Positions 1 through 12,523 of a stretch of DNA of 64,000 nt are shown one piece after another; the stretch's first letter is position 1; every line of letters starts with the position of its first letter. The notes beneath the pieces were generated by a model. It was not told where the DNA came from. It saw nothing but the letters and a program-made list of their open reading frames with translations, and searched no databases. Source of the stretch: Dimorphilus gyrociliatus (Eukaryota > Animalia > Annelida); the NCBI GenBank assembly GCA_904063045.1, contig CAJFCJ010000004.1:1729713-1793712 (forward strand), written 5' to 3'. Made by a program: the position numbers and the translations under genes.

Positions 1-43
1 TATTCATTCATTCAATCATTCATTTAGAAATAATAAAAACACT

Positions 44-385
44 TTAACCGGACGATTTGTATTTACAAAATTTCCCAATAGAACTCATCATTTTTATCAA
101 ATCTTTACAAAATTCATATGTTTTAATACAAGACCATATTTGATAGTAGATTCTACACTTAATATTATTATTTCTTTTTAAAGTTAGCATTAAATTTGGG
201 CATTTATTAATGCAGAACAGAGTACTATCCATTTTCAAGGTTTTTAACACTACGTGACAAAAAAATTATCGGGAAGTTTAGTAATTATTGTAATTTAAGA
301 CGATTATTATATAATTTATTCAAATTTCACCATTTAAGTTGAAAAGGTTAAAAGAAAGAACAAAAAAGAAAATGAATCCTATCAT
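44..385 (-). CDS. Small secreted Cys-rich protein with one module; paralogue of the 440-1594 gene. Exons 385-331 and 249-44; may continue past the window edge via another intron.
   Basis: ATG at 385 gives the signal-like MIGFIFFFVLSFNLFNLN. A phase-1 intron (GTGAAA 330...TTTTTTGTCACGTAG 250) joins in frame to C-INK-C-x14-C-x8-C-x6-C, the same Cys spacing as the modules of the neighbouring gene. Confidence 0.6.
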
Positions 386-439
386 TATTTTGTGCTCTTA
401 TCGTTTAAAATTCAAAAATGATACAAGTGTGATGTTTTA

Positions 440-1594
440 TTATAAAAGATAAAATATTAAAATCATAATATTTAGTATAATGTTAAAGCTATTTACACGG
501 AGCGATATTGAAGAATTTAAGGACATTACCCTCATCCAATCACAGTTTTTCTTTGACTTAGTTAATTGATAATGAACGACAGTTTCGTCAAATAGATACA
601 AACAATTAATTGAATTAAGTAGTCTTTCTTTAATTAAACAACTCTTTGCCTCTATTAATAGATTACAACTAGAATTTTGTAGATTAGCTAATTGCCTTTC
701 TTTAATACATTTTTTCTTGCATTCTAATCTCCGCCACCTATTCAGGTATGGTCTTTTATTGTATGTTAATCCGTTAATTCTAGGTACCCTTTGGCTGTTA
801 AATTTACAAGTTAAATTCGATTTTATCTCTTGATATTGTACGAAATATATCCATAAGCGTTTTTTGGTATTAACTAGATTCAAGCACGTTCTAACCATAT
901 TATTCAATCGACAGTCTTTCATCTGCCTATTCTGAGACTTACTGAGCAAATGGGAACAAGCTGCGATAGTTTGTATTTCACTTTTGGATATCTCAATATT
1001 AGATATTTTAGTTTTATTCCATCTATTCCATATATCTTCATCGCAAGTTGTAGCAGCTTTTTCCATCGTTTTTCTTTTCAAATCGCTAAGCCAACCATTG
1101 CAATTGTATCCTAGGCTATTCAAGCATTTATAAGCCCGAAAGCTGACTTTACAAAACGAATAATTCTCAAGAATCGCTTTCAACCATAATAGTTGACATT
1201 TATCGTTTAAGCAAGTAAAAGAAATTCCCTGTTTAAAGCTTCTAATCGTTGATTCGTCAACATTGAAAATCTGTTGAATTCGAGTATGAAATTCCCTTGC
1301 ACCGAAAGGTAGTTTTGGCTTTTGTTTACTGGACCTTTTATTGCATATTCCAACAGTAAAATTTAGTACTCTGTCTTTTATTCGCTCTGAACAGCCTGCG
1401 TGTGTTGAGATACAGTTTAACGCTTCGTTTAATCTATCGCATTTCATAAAAGCTGGATCTTGGAGTATTTCATAAATCTTATAAGGTAAACAACTCGATA
1501 TACAGAATAATTGCTCAATTCTTACTAATCTTTGAGAAAACGTTACATTTGATCTATTTAATACATTTATTAAAATTAATAATATCAATTTCAT
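440..1594 (-). CDS. Single-exon 384-aa secreted, probably GPI-anchored protein with four Cys-rich modules; family not recognised
   Basis: Long ORF in AT-rich DNA. Hydrophobic N-terminus (MKLILLILINVL) and hydrophobic C-terminal tail (NIILNIMILIFYLL). C-x8-C core repeated four times. Confidence 0.75.
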   Translation of the reverse strand: MKLILLILINVLNRSNVTFSQRLVRIEQLFCISSCLPYKIYEILQDPAFMKCDRLNEALNCISTHAGCSERIKDRVLNFTVGICNKRSSKQKPKLPFGAREFHTRIQQIFNVDESTIRSFKQGISFTCLNDKCQLLWLKAILENYSFCKVSFRAYKCLNSLGYNCNGWLSDLKRKTMEKAATTCDEDIWNRWNKTKISNIEISKSEIQTIAACSHLLSKSQNRQMKDCRLNNMVRTCLNLVNTKKRLWIYFVQYQEIKSNLTCKFNSQRVPRINGLTYNKRPYLNRWRRLECKKKCIKERQLANLQNSSCNLLIEAKSCLIKERLLNSINCLYLFDETVVHYQLTKSKKNCDWMRVMSLNSSISLRVNSFNIILNIMILIFYLL

Positions 1595-3081
1595 TTTAAA
1601 ATGATTTTTCTTTGTTTTTTTGTTTTAGTTTATTCCATTTCATAAGATTAATTTTGATTAATACACGTCATCCGAAAGATGGCGCTTGTTATTTATTTAT
1701 TTATTATTATTTTTTAAGAAAATAGTCTAACTACGTATTCGGTAGCTTAAAGAATTTTCTAAATTTAGCTTAGGCTATATGTAGTGGCATTCTTTAACCG
1801 CTACCACCTTATACGACCGTATCATAATAAAATTAGAATTATAACTGCCTTCGCACCTGCTTTTTAGCGTCCGTCTTCGCGCTGGGACGCCCACTTAGCA
1901 TTCTACTTGTCCTATTTAGACCTTTATAACTCACTTTTTTCTAACTTAATAACGTCTTGCCAAATATACCGTCCACCAATATAAATTATCTACATTGAAA
2001 TATATTGAACATAGTTTAAAACAACATAGAAAACGCGTTGAGGCGATCTATTTGTAATATTTGTATAGATGAAGAGATAGATATGTTTATACATATAGAC
2101 ACGGAACATATTTTTTTTGATTAAGCCAGGTGCAACGGGATTGAGCGAAGAAAAAGAGAAAGAAAGGCAATAAAATGAAAGTTGCGCGTGCTATTTTATT
2201 GAATAGCGAGTTTAATACAAATTTGTTCTCTTTTCAATTCGTCCAGCTTGACTTTGGGATTTTGACGTCGGCTCTGCTGCCCTTCTTTTTTTATCTACAG
2301 GCGCGAAAATATTCTCGCACTTTCTTCGTCTTTTATATTTATTTATATATTACATATTGCATAGAATAAAGCGAAAATCTGTTTGTACCGACCGAACTAC
2401 TAGAGTTGGCCGAAAAAGCGTGCAAATGAAAAAAAAAATTACCCACTCTCATAAATCAAGCGCTAGCAGAAAGAGAGGTGGAGAGGGGGGAAAAAAAACG
2501 TGTAATTAAGTCATTTTGTTGTGGTTACTTGTGGCCTCATAAAGGTAGGCTGATATAAAATACGTTAATTAATATATACGCATAACGGCGTAAATATATT
2601 TGTAAAATATATATATTTATGAATAGTAAACTTAACATATAATATTCATATTCATATAAATATATAGATATAATCGATAAAAACTGGGTTATAACTATGG
2701 CGAATTAAGAATCATGTTGAATATTAAGTTTCAATAAGTATTGTTAGAGAGAAGATCGTGCCTTAAAGTAAACTTAGCTAAGCGATGTAGAATATGATTA
2801 AATTAAATTTGTGGAGTATGTACAGAAAAACGTATAAGCTTACTCTTTGTATAACCTATTCATATACTTGAGAAACCCTTCTACCGCCTACAGAGCATCC
2901 CGACTAACGTTCAAAAGAGAATAAAAACCCCGATCGAACGCACAATCGTACCGTATTCAATTGAGGCGCTAGGTATTTTTACGAAAAGGATAAAAAAGCC
3001 GTATTGATTAGCAGGTGTGAGGTCCCCAACTTGTATTTAGGCCGAGAAATATCAGCTTCGTCAAAGCGTTGAAGAGTCTAA

Positions 3082-3112
<31 letters not shown>

Positions 3113-3125
3113 AGGAGAAAAGAGA
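3082..3125. repeat. (AG)n-rich microsatellite
   Basis: AAGAGAGAGAGAGAGAGAAAGAGAGAGAGAGAAGGAGAAAAGAG. Confidence 0.85.
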
Positions 3126-4333
3126 AACTCGGAAGACTTCATAACGTTCGACGTCTCGGAGCGAGGAATGTAATAAAGCGGCGTCTAAATGAGAAAATCT
3201 TTCTCTTGATTTTTTTTTCTACCCCTTACAACATATCGACTTTTGTGCTCCGTTTTTCTCTCCCCAGCCGGCCCTTTCTCTTATCGAATATTATGCAATA
3301 ACATATAAGCGGCTCGTGTTTAGGACGTTAACTTGGCACTATAGGAGCTACTGAGTCTCCAACTGTTGAAGAGCTAAGAAGAATGTTAATTGAAGTTGCC
3401 TAGAGAAAAAGGTGTTGTATATGCGTATTAAAATTTAAAGCGTTTCTATTTGTGCCTTCACAGATAGAGTATATAAATAACAACAGTATCTATAACATGT
3501 CTAGAGTACAAAAATACGTAACAAATGTTTAAACTTCTAATAAAGATAGAGAGGTAAAGAGCCATAGGTAAAAAAAAACATACATATATATAAAAACTTA
3601 TATATATATATTCTTATATATCCTTTATTGTGTATGCTTTATGTCTAATATAAGTGAACGCACGCGTATAATGGATAAAGTATTCAATCTCTTTTCCCTC
3701 TTATTCTTTCTTACTTTCTTCTGGAGTAACGCGTAACCCGATTGCATAACTTTGACGCTTGTTTAGAATATAGTGAATAAGGTACTTGTGGTGAAGGCAG
3801 GTGCCGGAATAAGACCCGCTTTTGCAATTTGAAACCTACACCTATAAATAAACGTCGTTGCGTTGTGTTGATTTAATTACAAATCGAGGGCGAGATCGAC
3901 TAAGTATCGAATAGCGTGAAAAGTGCTCCTCATTGCTCTTTTCAACATCATTATTCGCCCGATAAACATCGACTAGACGGTGAGACGGCCGCGAACTACT
4001 CGAAAAAGTAGATCACGCGACGGTCTAGCTCGTCTCTCATTGGCTAGCAGATCACCAATCAGCGTCGTTTTTTGTACAGACACTTTTCTAAAATCTATTA
4101 TATATAGTGAACTATCAGTCCGGACGGTGATAAAGGTTTGCTTTCTTATCTTAAGGCATGTCGACGTAGGATATGGAGCTGCGCTCAGGTATTTTTCGGC
4201 ATTTTTCTACAATTTACAACAGTTTATGCCTTTTTATTGTGCTTTAAGCGTTTGTACGCAGTTTATTGTATAGATTTTTCTTTATTAATCCGCTGAATGA
4301 TTGACGGTCTTTTTTTTCTATAAACGAATCCAG

Positions 4334-6974
4334 ATCCGATGAAAGGCGAACCTACATGCGTTGGCTGTAAATTGCCAATCGAGGAACGCTACCTTTTACA
4401 GTTGGGAGGTGAATTGTGGCACGAAAATTGTCTGCGATGCTCGGTTTGCCGGGTAGCTCTGTCGAATTCTTGCTTCGTCAGGGACGGTCGACTCTTCTGC
4501 AAAGTTGATTATTACAGGCGAGTAGAATTGAATTGAAAAACCGTCAACGTCTTGTTTGAACATCGCGCAACCTTTGACGCTATAAGCCAGACGTCATAGA
4601 GTGTTGGACACACAACTCGATGACTGACAAATGAAGAATATGAGAAAAGCGAATTTTTCTATATAGAATATTTTTAAAAAAATATGCGGCCCTCCCTCTT
4701 TACTTTTCGTGTTCGCATGTCACACTCAGAAAGGAGGACCGTAATAACATTTGCTAAAAATCAAACGTTTCAACCGACTGAACTCGTGAGAGGATTTCCT
4801 CATTCCATATCAATAGGAAGGCTGGATGTCTGCGTCTTTTCCTGAATTAATTTACTTTTACCATGAATATTTATGGCTGTTCTCGGGCTGTCAATTAGCA
4901 ATCTGTGTAAACAGGGCGTCGAAATTGTCAGGTCGAAAGATGCACGTGCTATTGACTGACGCTCATAGAAGTTACGTAAGTGTTTCGAAACGATACAGAG
5001 TCGTATTTCTGCAATAATCCGTGCCCGCGAATAGACGCCGGTCGCTGACGTCCGGTCGTCAATTTTCCCTAATCGACAATAGATGAGATCGAAAGCGTTT
5101 GATAAAAGAAAAGAGGCACGTGTTTAATTAGAACAGCTGCGAAAACCGGACAAAGTTCTTGGACGGGGCCTCGTGCCTGACGCTTTCAATATGCGGCAGT
5201 CGAATTTTCCGGCGTTTAGCGTCACAATAGCTCACTATCAAAATGCACGCCCATTCGTATTTTTTTTTCCTGGTGGCTGTGTTACTAAGGGGACGAAAGT
5301 GAGGTCTTTCTCTATTTTACTCAATTTTTTCGCACGGAAAGTGTCGGGTAGCAACTCCCGTTGAGGTTGAGTACACTCGAAACTCCTCTCTCACTTCAAG
5401 AGTAGACCGTCTCGAACGAAATTGAGAAAAAGAGGAAAGGAAAGCTAAAAAATTAGGGGGAGTTATTAAAAGAAATAGCTTGAAGGCCTATGAACGCTTG
5501 ATAATCGGATTGTTCCTCCTCGAACGAGCCCTCAGGGTTGATACTTAAACTTTTACACATTATAGCTGTGTCATTTCTCAAAAAGAATTCAAAATTTATT
5601 TCCGTAGCGTTATTCGTAAAGATCGTTCCGGTTTCAGCGTCGATTAAAAGCGTTTCAATTGTACCAGGCGAAAAGCAAATTCGTGTCAGATTCCTACTCG
5701 AGTAGTTCGACAACAAAAAGGCGAAGCGCGCAGTTTGTTTGCAGTCGCTACTAGCAAAACGTATAATAGCAGCAATATTGCGGTACGTTGGCCGCTGGGA
5801 AAGATGACTGGCAGGCAAAACTCCTTTTTCCTCACAACGAACACGTGATCGATTTTTTATCCCCGCATTCCGGGCGTTACAGACGCCGACGTCCAGCCGA
5901 AAGCGGAATTTCTTTTCCTCTTTGTTACCGTCCCTACTGCAAAACACATCAAAGACACTTTTAAATCCTCTATTCTTTATTCCCATTTCTTTCATTAGAT
6001 TCTACGGGGCGAAATGTTCCAACTGTATGCAAGCTATATCGCCACAAGAATTGGTTATGAGGGCAGGTTCAGCCGTCTATCATGTTCAATGTTTCGTCTG
6101 TTCGCTTTGCGGCTATCAACTGCAAAGGGGCCACCAATTCGTCGTCCGTCATGGACAGCTGCTGTGCAGGATGGATTACGAAAAAGAGATGGCCAGATTA
6201 CAATATGAGATAGATCCATGGTGTACAAACTTTAGCCCAAAGTGCGATATGTATGGAGCCGACGACGATAGCAGTATGGAAGAAAACGATGCCGATGCCA
6301 ACAAAGGCCCGAAAAGACCCAGAACAATTCTCACTACTTCTCAAAGAAGAAAGTTCAAGACGGCATTCGAAGTAAACCCAAAGCCTTGTAGAAAGGTAAA
6401 ACCAATTATTTTCATTGGTTCCAACGTTAAATTAAAATTGTACTATGCACTATGTACGATGTCTGTGTATATTTTGGCGGTAAAAATGAAAGAAAATTGT
6501 TTAGCACGAAGATAAACAATTTGACGGCTAAAAAGCGCGAATATCGAGTCGTCTAATCCTATTTAAAATTCAACGGCCCTCCTACGTATGTACTATATAA
6601 ATGAAGATAGAGAAAGGGAAAGGAGATAGGGATCAGATCTTACTTCCGCGCTCCCTTTTCTTACCCCCCTCTCTTTTTCTCTCTCTCTAATGATTATTGA
6701 CTCTCGGTAACGGTAGGAGCAATTCCCTAAATCCAATCAACTTAGCAATTTGGTGCGAAAAAGACACAAAGGCCTAGTCGAGTCAAATAGAAAAAAAAGA
6801 GAAAAACAAGAGAAACATAGCCACTTCGAGCTTAATCTGTGATTATTCGATAAAGCCTTGTACCGATAATGATAAAAGATAAACGCGACAAGTGTCGGTT
6901 ACTTTGATGTTGCGACAGGTACGACCGATAAGACCCGCCGCAGATAATTTAAGAACGGGCGGCTTCTTCTGTAT

Positions 6975-7024
<50 letters not shown>

Positions 7025-7795
7025 CATAGATCGTACATATATATATACTGTATATACTTATTTCTGTATTCTTTGATATATAAAGTACTCTTAAAATTAT
7101 TGATTTTTTTGCACTAATAGGTTCGAGAGGCTTTAGCAGCTGAGACTGGTCTCAGTGTTCGCGTCGTTCAGGTTTGGTTCCAAAATCAGAGAGCTAAAGT
7201 AAAGAAATTGGCAAGACGACAGGAGCAAGCCGAACAGGGAGTTACCTCCAAGAAAAGCAACAATTCGAATAAGAAAAAAGCGGTAGTAACGGCTGCTGTT
7301 TCGAAAGAATTGAATGGAGACGAATCACCTAAAGCGTCCCCACCAAACGAATCTCCTCCGCAACATTGTAGAACAAACGGTAAAAACGAAAGAAAGAGAC
7401 AAGAGGTTTTTGCAGGTTTATAAAAACCGTGCAAAAATCTTATTCATCAAAAGACATCCGACTTAATATAATCCGCCTTCAAAAAAACTTTTGCAGCACC
7501 GTCATCCGATGCCGACGTCACCCAAGATATTCACTACGCAAATTTGACGCCCCGCTCTTCTATTCAAGGTTCGAATGCTTTTTCCTTACATAATTTGATA
7601 GGATTATAAAAAGTTCTTATTGACGGATTTAAAACAGAAAGAGACGACCGAGTCAGCCTATACGGAACGTCCATTGTGTTGGATGATGTTCGAAATTGTC
7701 ATATGATCAACAATAATCAGTTAAAGCAGGCAAATCCAATCGATAAACTATATTCGATGCATAGTAGTTATTTTCAACCGACAACTGCTGAATAG
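4334..7795 (+). CDS. LMX1: LIM-homeobox transcription factor Lmx1, paralogue A. Exons 4334-4517, 5999-6395, 7121-7415, 7497-7568, 7638-7795. First exon uncertain; in-frame ATG at 4339.
   Basis: Two LIM domains, homeodomain [28 protein letters not shown]|[26 protein letters not shown], and the Lmx-type C-terminal motif [14 protein letters not shown]. Exon phases are consistent. Confidence 0.93.
6979..7022. repeat. (TA)n microsatellite of about 22 units in an Lmx-A intron
   Basis: Uninterrupted TA run. Confidence 0.95.
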
Positions 7796-8876
7796 GTCGT
7801 TGTTTTTTATTCCGTGCTTGTTGTTGTTTTTTTTTTGTTTTTGTTGTGCATGATATTTTTCTCCTCTCTTTCTGTCTCAAAACTTTTCCGTAGTGCAATA
7901 ATTATACAAAGAGATATTACAAAAAAATACCAGGTTAAAGGGCATTAAAAAAAAAAGAAATTATTTCTGTCCCTCTTGTAACTGATTTATTAAAAAGTCC
8001 GCAGTTCCCCCAGAGGAGGCGGTTGAATTAACTTGAATGAGACTATTGTCGAAATTTGAAAGTTTTACGACTGTGTACTTGTTCATCCTCCGTCTGGGGA
8101 GGTATAGCGCATTCGAAACTGATAATAAGGTGCGAAAGAAAAGCGAGAAACTCGTGACACGTTGGCGCTGACCATTGTGTGCACTGATGACGCGTATAAT
8201 GACGACTCGTCACAAGGAGACCACGCCCACTTGTCACTTCCGCCTTTCTGACGTGTAGATGACGGACGAGAGGCGTCTAGGATGGGACGCTTGTTGCCCG
8301 TGATCGAGACGGATAGACAGAATAGTGGAATGGAGAAATATACAATCCAATAAGAACCTATCAAGAGCCGCCCCCTGGTGTGAGCCTGCCACATTACGCA
8401 TACACCGCACAGCAAGACGTCATGACAGTCGCTTGACCCGGTTTGCTTTTTACCCCTTGAAAATAGCCAATATCATCAGACATGACTTGATTCAAATTAG
8501 TTTTTTTTTTACTCTCATAGAGTCAATTAAATATAATTAAAAGGTTAAAGCTCTCTTTTCTGCACATAATAAAAATGATTATTGCCATTTCGTACCGCCC
8601 TTCAATTTCTCCTTCTCGTTTTCAAATTAAACTCGAAGAGCGATTTATGACTTTTACACATATAAAATAAGCGACGGTAAATTTTCTGTAAATTATTCAA
8701 ATTATCTAGGAGCTTGGTGATTGGGTAGAAACTAACCAATGAACGTTCAACTTGGCTGCTATCCAGGCACATGAGAAGGCGGCTTAACGCGCTCTACTCT
8801 TTGAAGTGCGAATGACGTGCAAACATTTCGCGACTGTTCGCCTGAACATTCCTTAGAAAACGCCAGGAGAAGAAGG

Positions 8877-11800
8877 ATGGGTAAGTGTTTGTTTCTTACC
8901 ACTTTTACTTACAACGTAACAATGTGCGGACGCGTGTGTATTTAATGAGATGCGCAATCGAACGGAAAGAATAAAGAGCGTCGATCCTAGCGGGGTTCCC
9001 TAAAACTGTTGATAGCGGTTGAATTTGACACTGTCGACCCGTCGGACGTTTCGAATTTATTACGCACGAACGGACGCTAATTTATTATGCAAAAGGCAGC
9101 CTCTTTCTGTATGCTTTTTTTCGCCCTTAAGCAAACTACTTTTGAACGATAATCGATAAAATCGCGTCCGGAAGCGAACGGGGCATTTGACGGGCAGAGT
9201 TTTGAAGGGATTAAGCTTAAAATGATCGTCGTCGCAGGTAAGATAATTATAAACGGTTTATGGGGAAACGATAATGATTAACGAGTCGTTTAAATCCGGA
9301 CAAATGAATATGAATTACGTACGTATAAAGTTATATAGAACCTACTTAAATGTACGTTTTTATACGATTATTATTTATATATTACTGTATAAGTATCATT
9401 ATACTGCTCATACGGTAGATACAAGCTGTATATAGTTTGTAGTGAAAACAACAAGGCTCGTTCATCTATCAACCGCGCACCTGGAATCAGGTGCAAACAC
9501 GAAAAGGGTGCGATAAATCGAGATAAGAGCCCGTTTAACCACTTCTTTCAGATAATTCCGTCTCTAACACGCAAGCTAGACTCTCTTATTCTCTCTTTCT
9601 CTCTCTCTTACACACTGTCTATTGCAAACAACATCAACAATAACAATAATAATAATAACAACAACATATAGTTTTCCCACGTAAATCGATCAGATGTGTA
9701 TACCAGATCCTGTTAAAAGCCGTTTTATTGTATAAACATATCGATCGGGGGTTGCATTGAATAAGCCTCCACACCGTACCGAAAAATATATATAAATATA
9801 AATATAAATATCAAGATATAAGAAAATACACAGAGTTTATACTTAACATATAGGATGTATAAATACCGATATGTTTATTTATATAGCTTATATACCTTTA
9901 CGAATTCTTATTATGTAGGAGCGTTCAATTACCTATTAAGGTATGTTTGCCTTGTTATACTGTTTAAATAAATTACATGTATTCAGCATTCTATCGTTAG
10001 CTTGGACACTTATATTCAATTTTTCACCTTAATTTTCGATAGTGTTTCCGGCTTATGTACACAATATGAAAGCTTTTCTACATGTGCCCGCGTATATATA
10101 AATACAGACACATACATATAAATATATTAAACTAAACAAAGGAAAAGGCAGAAATCTTTGGGCAAACATATTGTAAATGATAGGCGGATAAACATAAAGA
10201 TAGAGTGCGTGTTTACAGAACTTTTGCAGTATTGAGAGGCGAGATAAGTCCCAACCATCTGTCTTGGTTATCGCACATTTTTCGATTTGACAAACAATGT
10301 TGCCCAATTTCCACGTTTCTGTTATTTTATAAAAGAGAAATGAAAAAAAGAAATTTTAACACCTTTTGTTTGTATAAAAAACTGTATGTAAACCTATACA
10401 AACATAGGTGTATTTATAGATGTACAGTATATACATTTCCCTAAATAATCTACACTGCAGTATGCTGCACATAAATTTCTATCAAAAGTCTAAATTGAAA
10501 CATTCATTGTGTTTTATAAAGGATTTTGTTTGTTTTCTTTTTTCCCTTCTCAGTTATGTTTTCTTTATTTTCCTTCCTTAATAGACCTTACGGAAGGATA
10601 TGTGCATTAAACTTTCGACACCAACTCTTATGCGTATATTATATTACACACTAGTTTTTATTTTACTACTACTTTGTTGTAGAATCGAAAGTGAATTGCT
10701 GTACAAAATGCAGTCAGCTAATAGAAGATCGCTTCTTTCTTAAAGTTATGGATGAATGCTGGCACGAAAAGTGTCTAATTTGTTCCGAATGTGGTGTGAG
10801 CTTGGAAAAGAGTTGCTTCGTGAAAGATGGCCGATTTTTCTGCAGGAACGACTACGAAAGGTATTGTATCAGATTATATTAGTTTTATCCGTTTGTAATT
10901 AATCGCCTTCCTTCCGTAAATGCCCATTAATCGTAATTAACAAAGAGACGGTCGACATTGAAATGTTACCCATTGTTTTGTTGATTGCGTAACAGAATTT
11001 TTTTGTATAGGGGATAATATATATTGGCGATATAATAGCCATGCCCTCCTTTATTCGTACCGTCGCCTTTTAACAATACGCTTTGTATTCAATTAAGGTG
11101 TAAATAAAGCGTTTAGTCGAGCGGTCAAGCATTTTTTCTCACGTTTTTCAAATTTTATATGATCCTCTTTAAAGTATATAGTGTAGGCATTCTATCCTTT
11201 TTATACTATGTTTTCAATTTATATAATACGCGTTATCTTATATAATACAGGCTTAAATAAAATTATTTGTATCAATGAAAAGCTTAGTTTACATGTTTAT
11301 CGACAAACTAAGGTGTAAAAGCTACCGACTACAACCGCCGCAGCTACCTCTGCCTGCAAACGACCGATAAGAGAGGTGTTGTGGGCCTAAATATAGGAAA
11401 GACTAAAAATAAATATATAAGTATAAAGTTTTCGAAGGGCAAACATTGCGGCTCCGTTTGATCTGCAAAAAGAAAGGACAGTAAGCCTAGCGCATGGCAG
11501 ATCGGACAGGGCGATAAGAGCAAAGATCAATCGATAGCTCCTTAATCCGCCGCACCCTGAAATAGCTCGTAAAAATATTCCGACAATGGCCGAAAGACTT
11601 AACAACGACTCGTTAAAAATTCCAACAGCTTTTCTTTTCCTTCTTTTTGCAGTTTGTATTCAACAAATTGTTGTGGTTGTCGGCGAAGTTTATTATACGG
11701 GACTTTTGTAATGAGAACGAACTTGGGTCAAACTTTTCATTTGGAATGCTTTGCCTGTTCTATTTGCCATTATCGGCTGCAAACTGGCGATGAGTACGCT

Positions 11801-12523
11801 ATGAAAGATGGCCATCTACTTTGTAAGATTCATTATGATAATTGTTTAATTAAATCTGAGCTTGAATGGACAATGAGTCCAAAGAGCGATGAAGAAAGCA
11901 GTACTGAAGAGACTGACGGTCCGAAGGGACCTAAACGTCCGAGAACTATCCTAAATGCTAATCAGAGAAGACGATTTAAAACTGCTTTTGAAATGAATCC
12001 CAAACCTTGCAGAAAAATAAGAGAAGTACTAGCGAATGAAACAGGACTGTCACCACGAGTTGTTCAAGTGTGGTTTCAGAATCAAAGGGCTAAAGTAGGT
12101 CGCCGCTTATCTTTCTGTCTTAGTTATCTAGTTTATTAATTAACGCAGGTAAAAAAATTGGCTAAACGTCAATCTGACGGAAATACAAGTCCGAGCGATA
12201 ATTCAAAAAGGAAAATGGCTGTAAAGAGAAAGAAAAAAGATGATCTCGTCGAAGAAACAGCTGAAATATTAAGTGATAGCGCTTCGGGTAAGATTTAACG
12301 CCATCTAACGTTTCTTATATTTAACTCTTTTCTGAAACGCCATCTATCCACAAACATTTTCATTTCAGATTACTTACCAAACTCATTAGACGGTTCAACG
12401 TTCAGGTCAAATTCAAACTTTTTACAGGCAGCTTCTGGTTTACCGAATCAAGCAAATTCGTTTAATAATCCAATAAATAGACTTTATTCCATGCAATCGG
12501 ATTATTTTAATAATCGGGATTAG
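8877..12523 (+). CDS. LMX1: LIM-homeobox transcription factor Lmx1, paralogue B. Exons 8877-8880, 10683-10860, 11653-12094, 12149-12287, 12369-12523.
   Basis: ATGG|GTAAGT start exon in phase with LIM1 exon. LIM1, LIM2, homeodomain ...[31 protein letters not shown]|VKKLAKR, and C-terminal NPINRLYSMQSDYF. Confidence 0.95.

Noticed and set aside
3904-3979. Open frame ending in GACG|GTGAGA that could be the Lmx-A first exon
   Set aside because: The phase fits, but there is no ATG before an upstream stop. It may be a 5' UTR exon, so it is not called as coding.
5453-5995. 180-aa minus-strand ORF
   Set aside because: Antisense within Lmx-A intron 2, with no motif or splice support; probably a chance ORF in CpG-richer regulatory DNA.
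8043-8540. Overlapping short ORFs between the Lmx genes
   Set aside because: No recognisable protein features. More likely promoter or enhancer DNA of Lmx-B (CCAAT boxes near 8720-8740).
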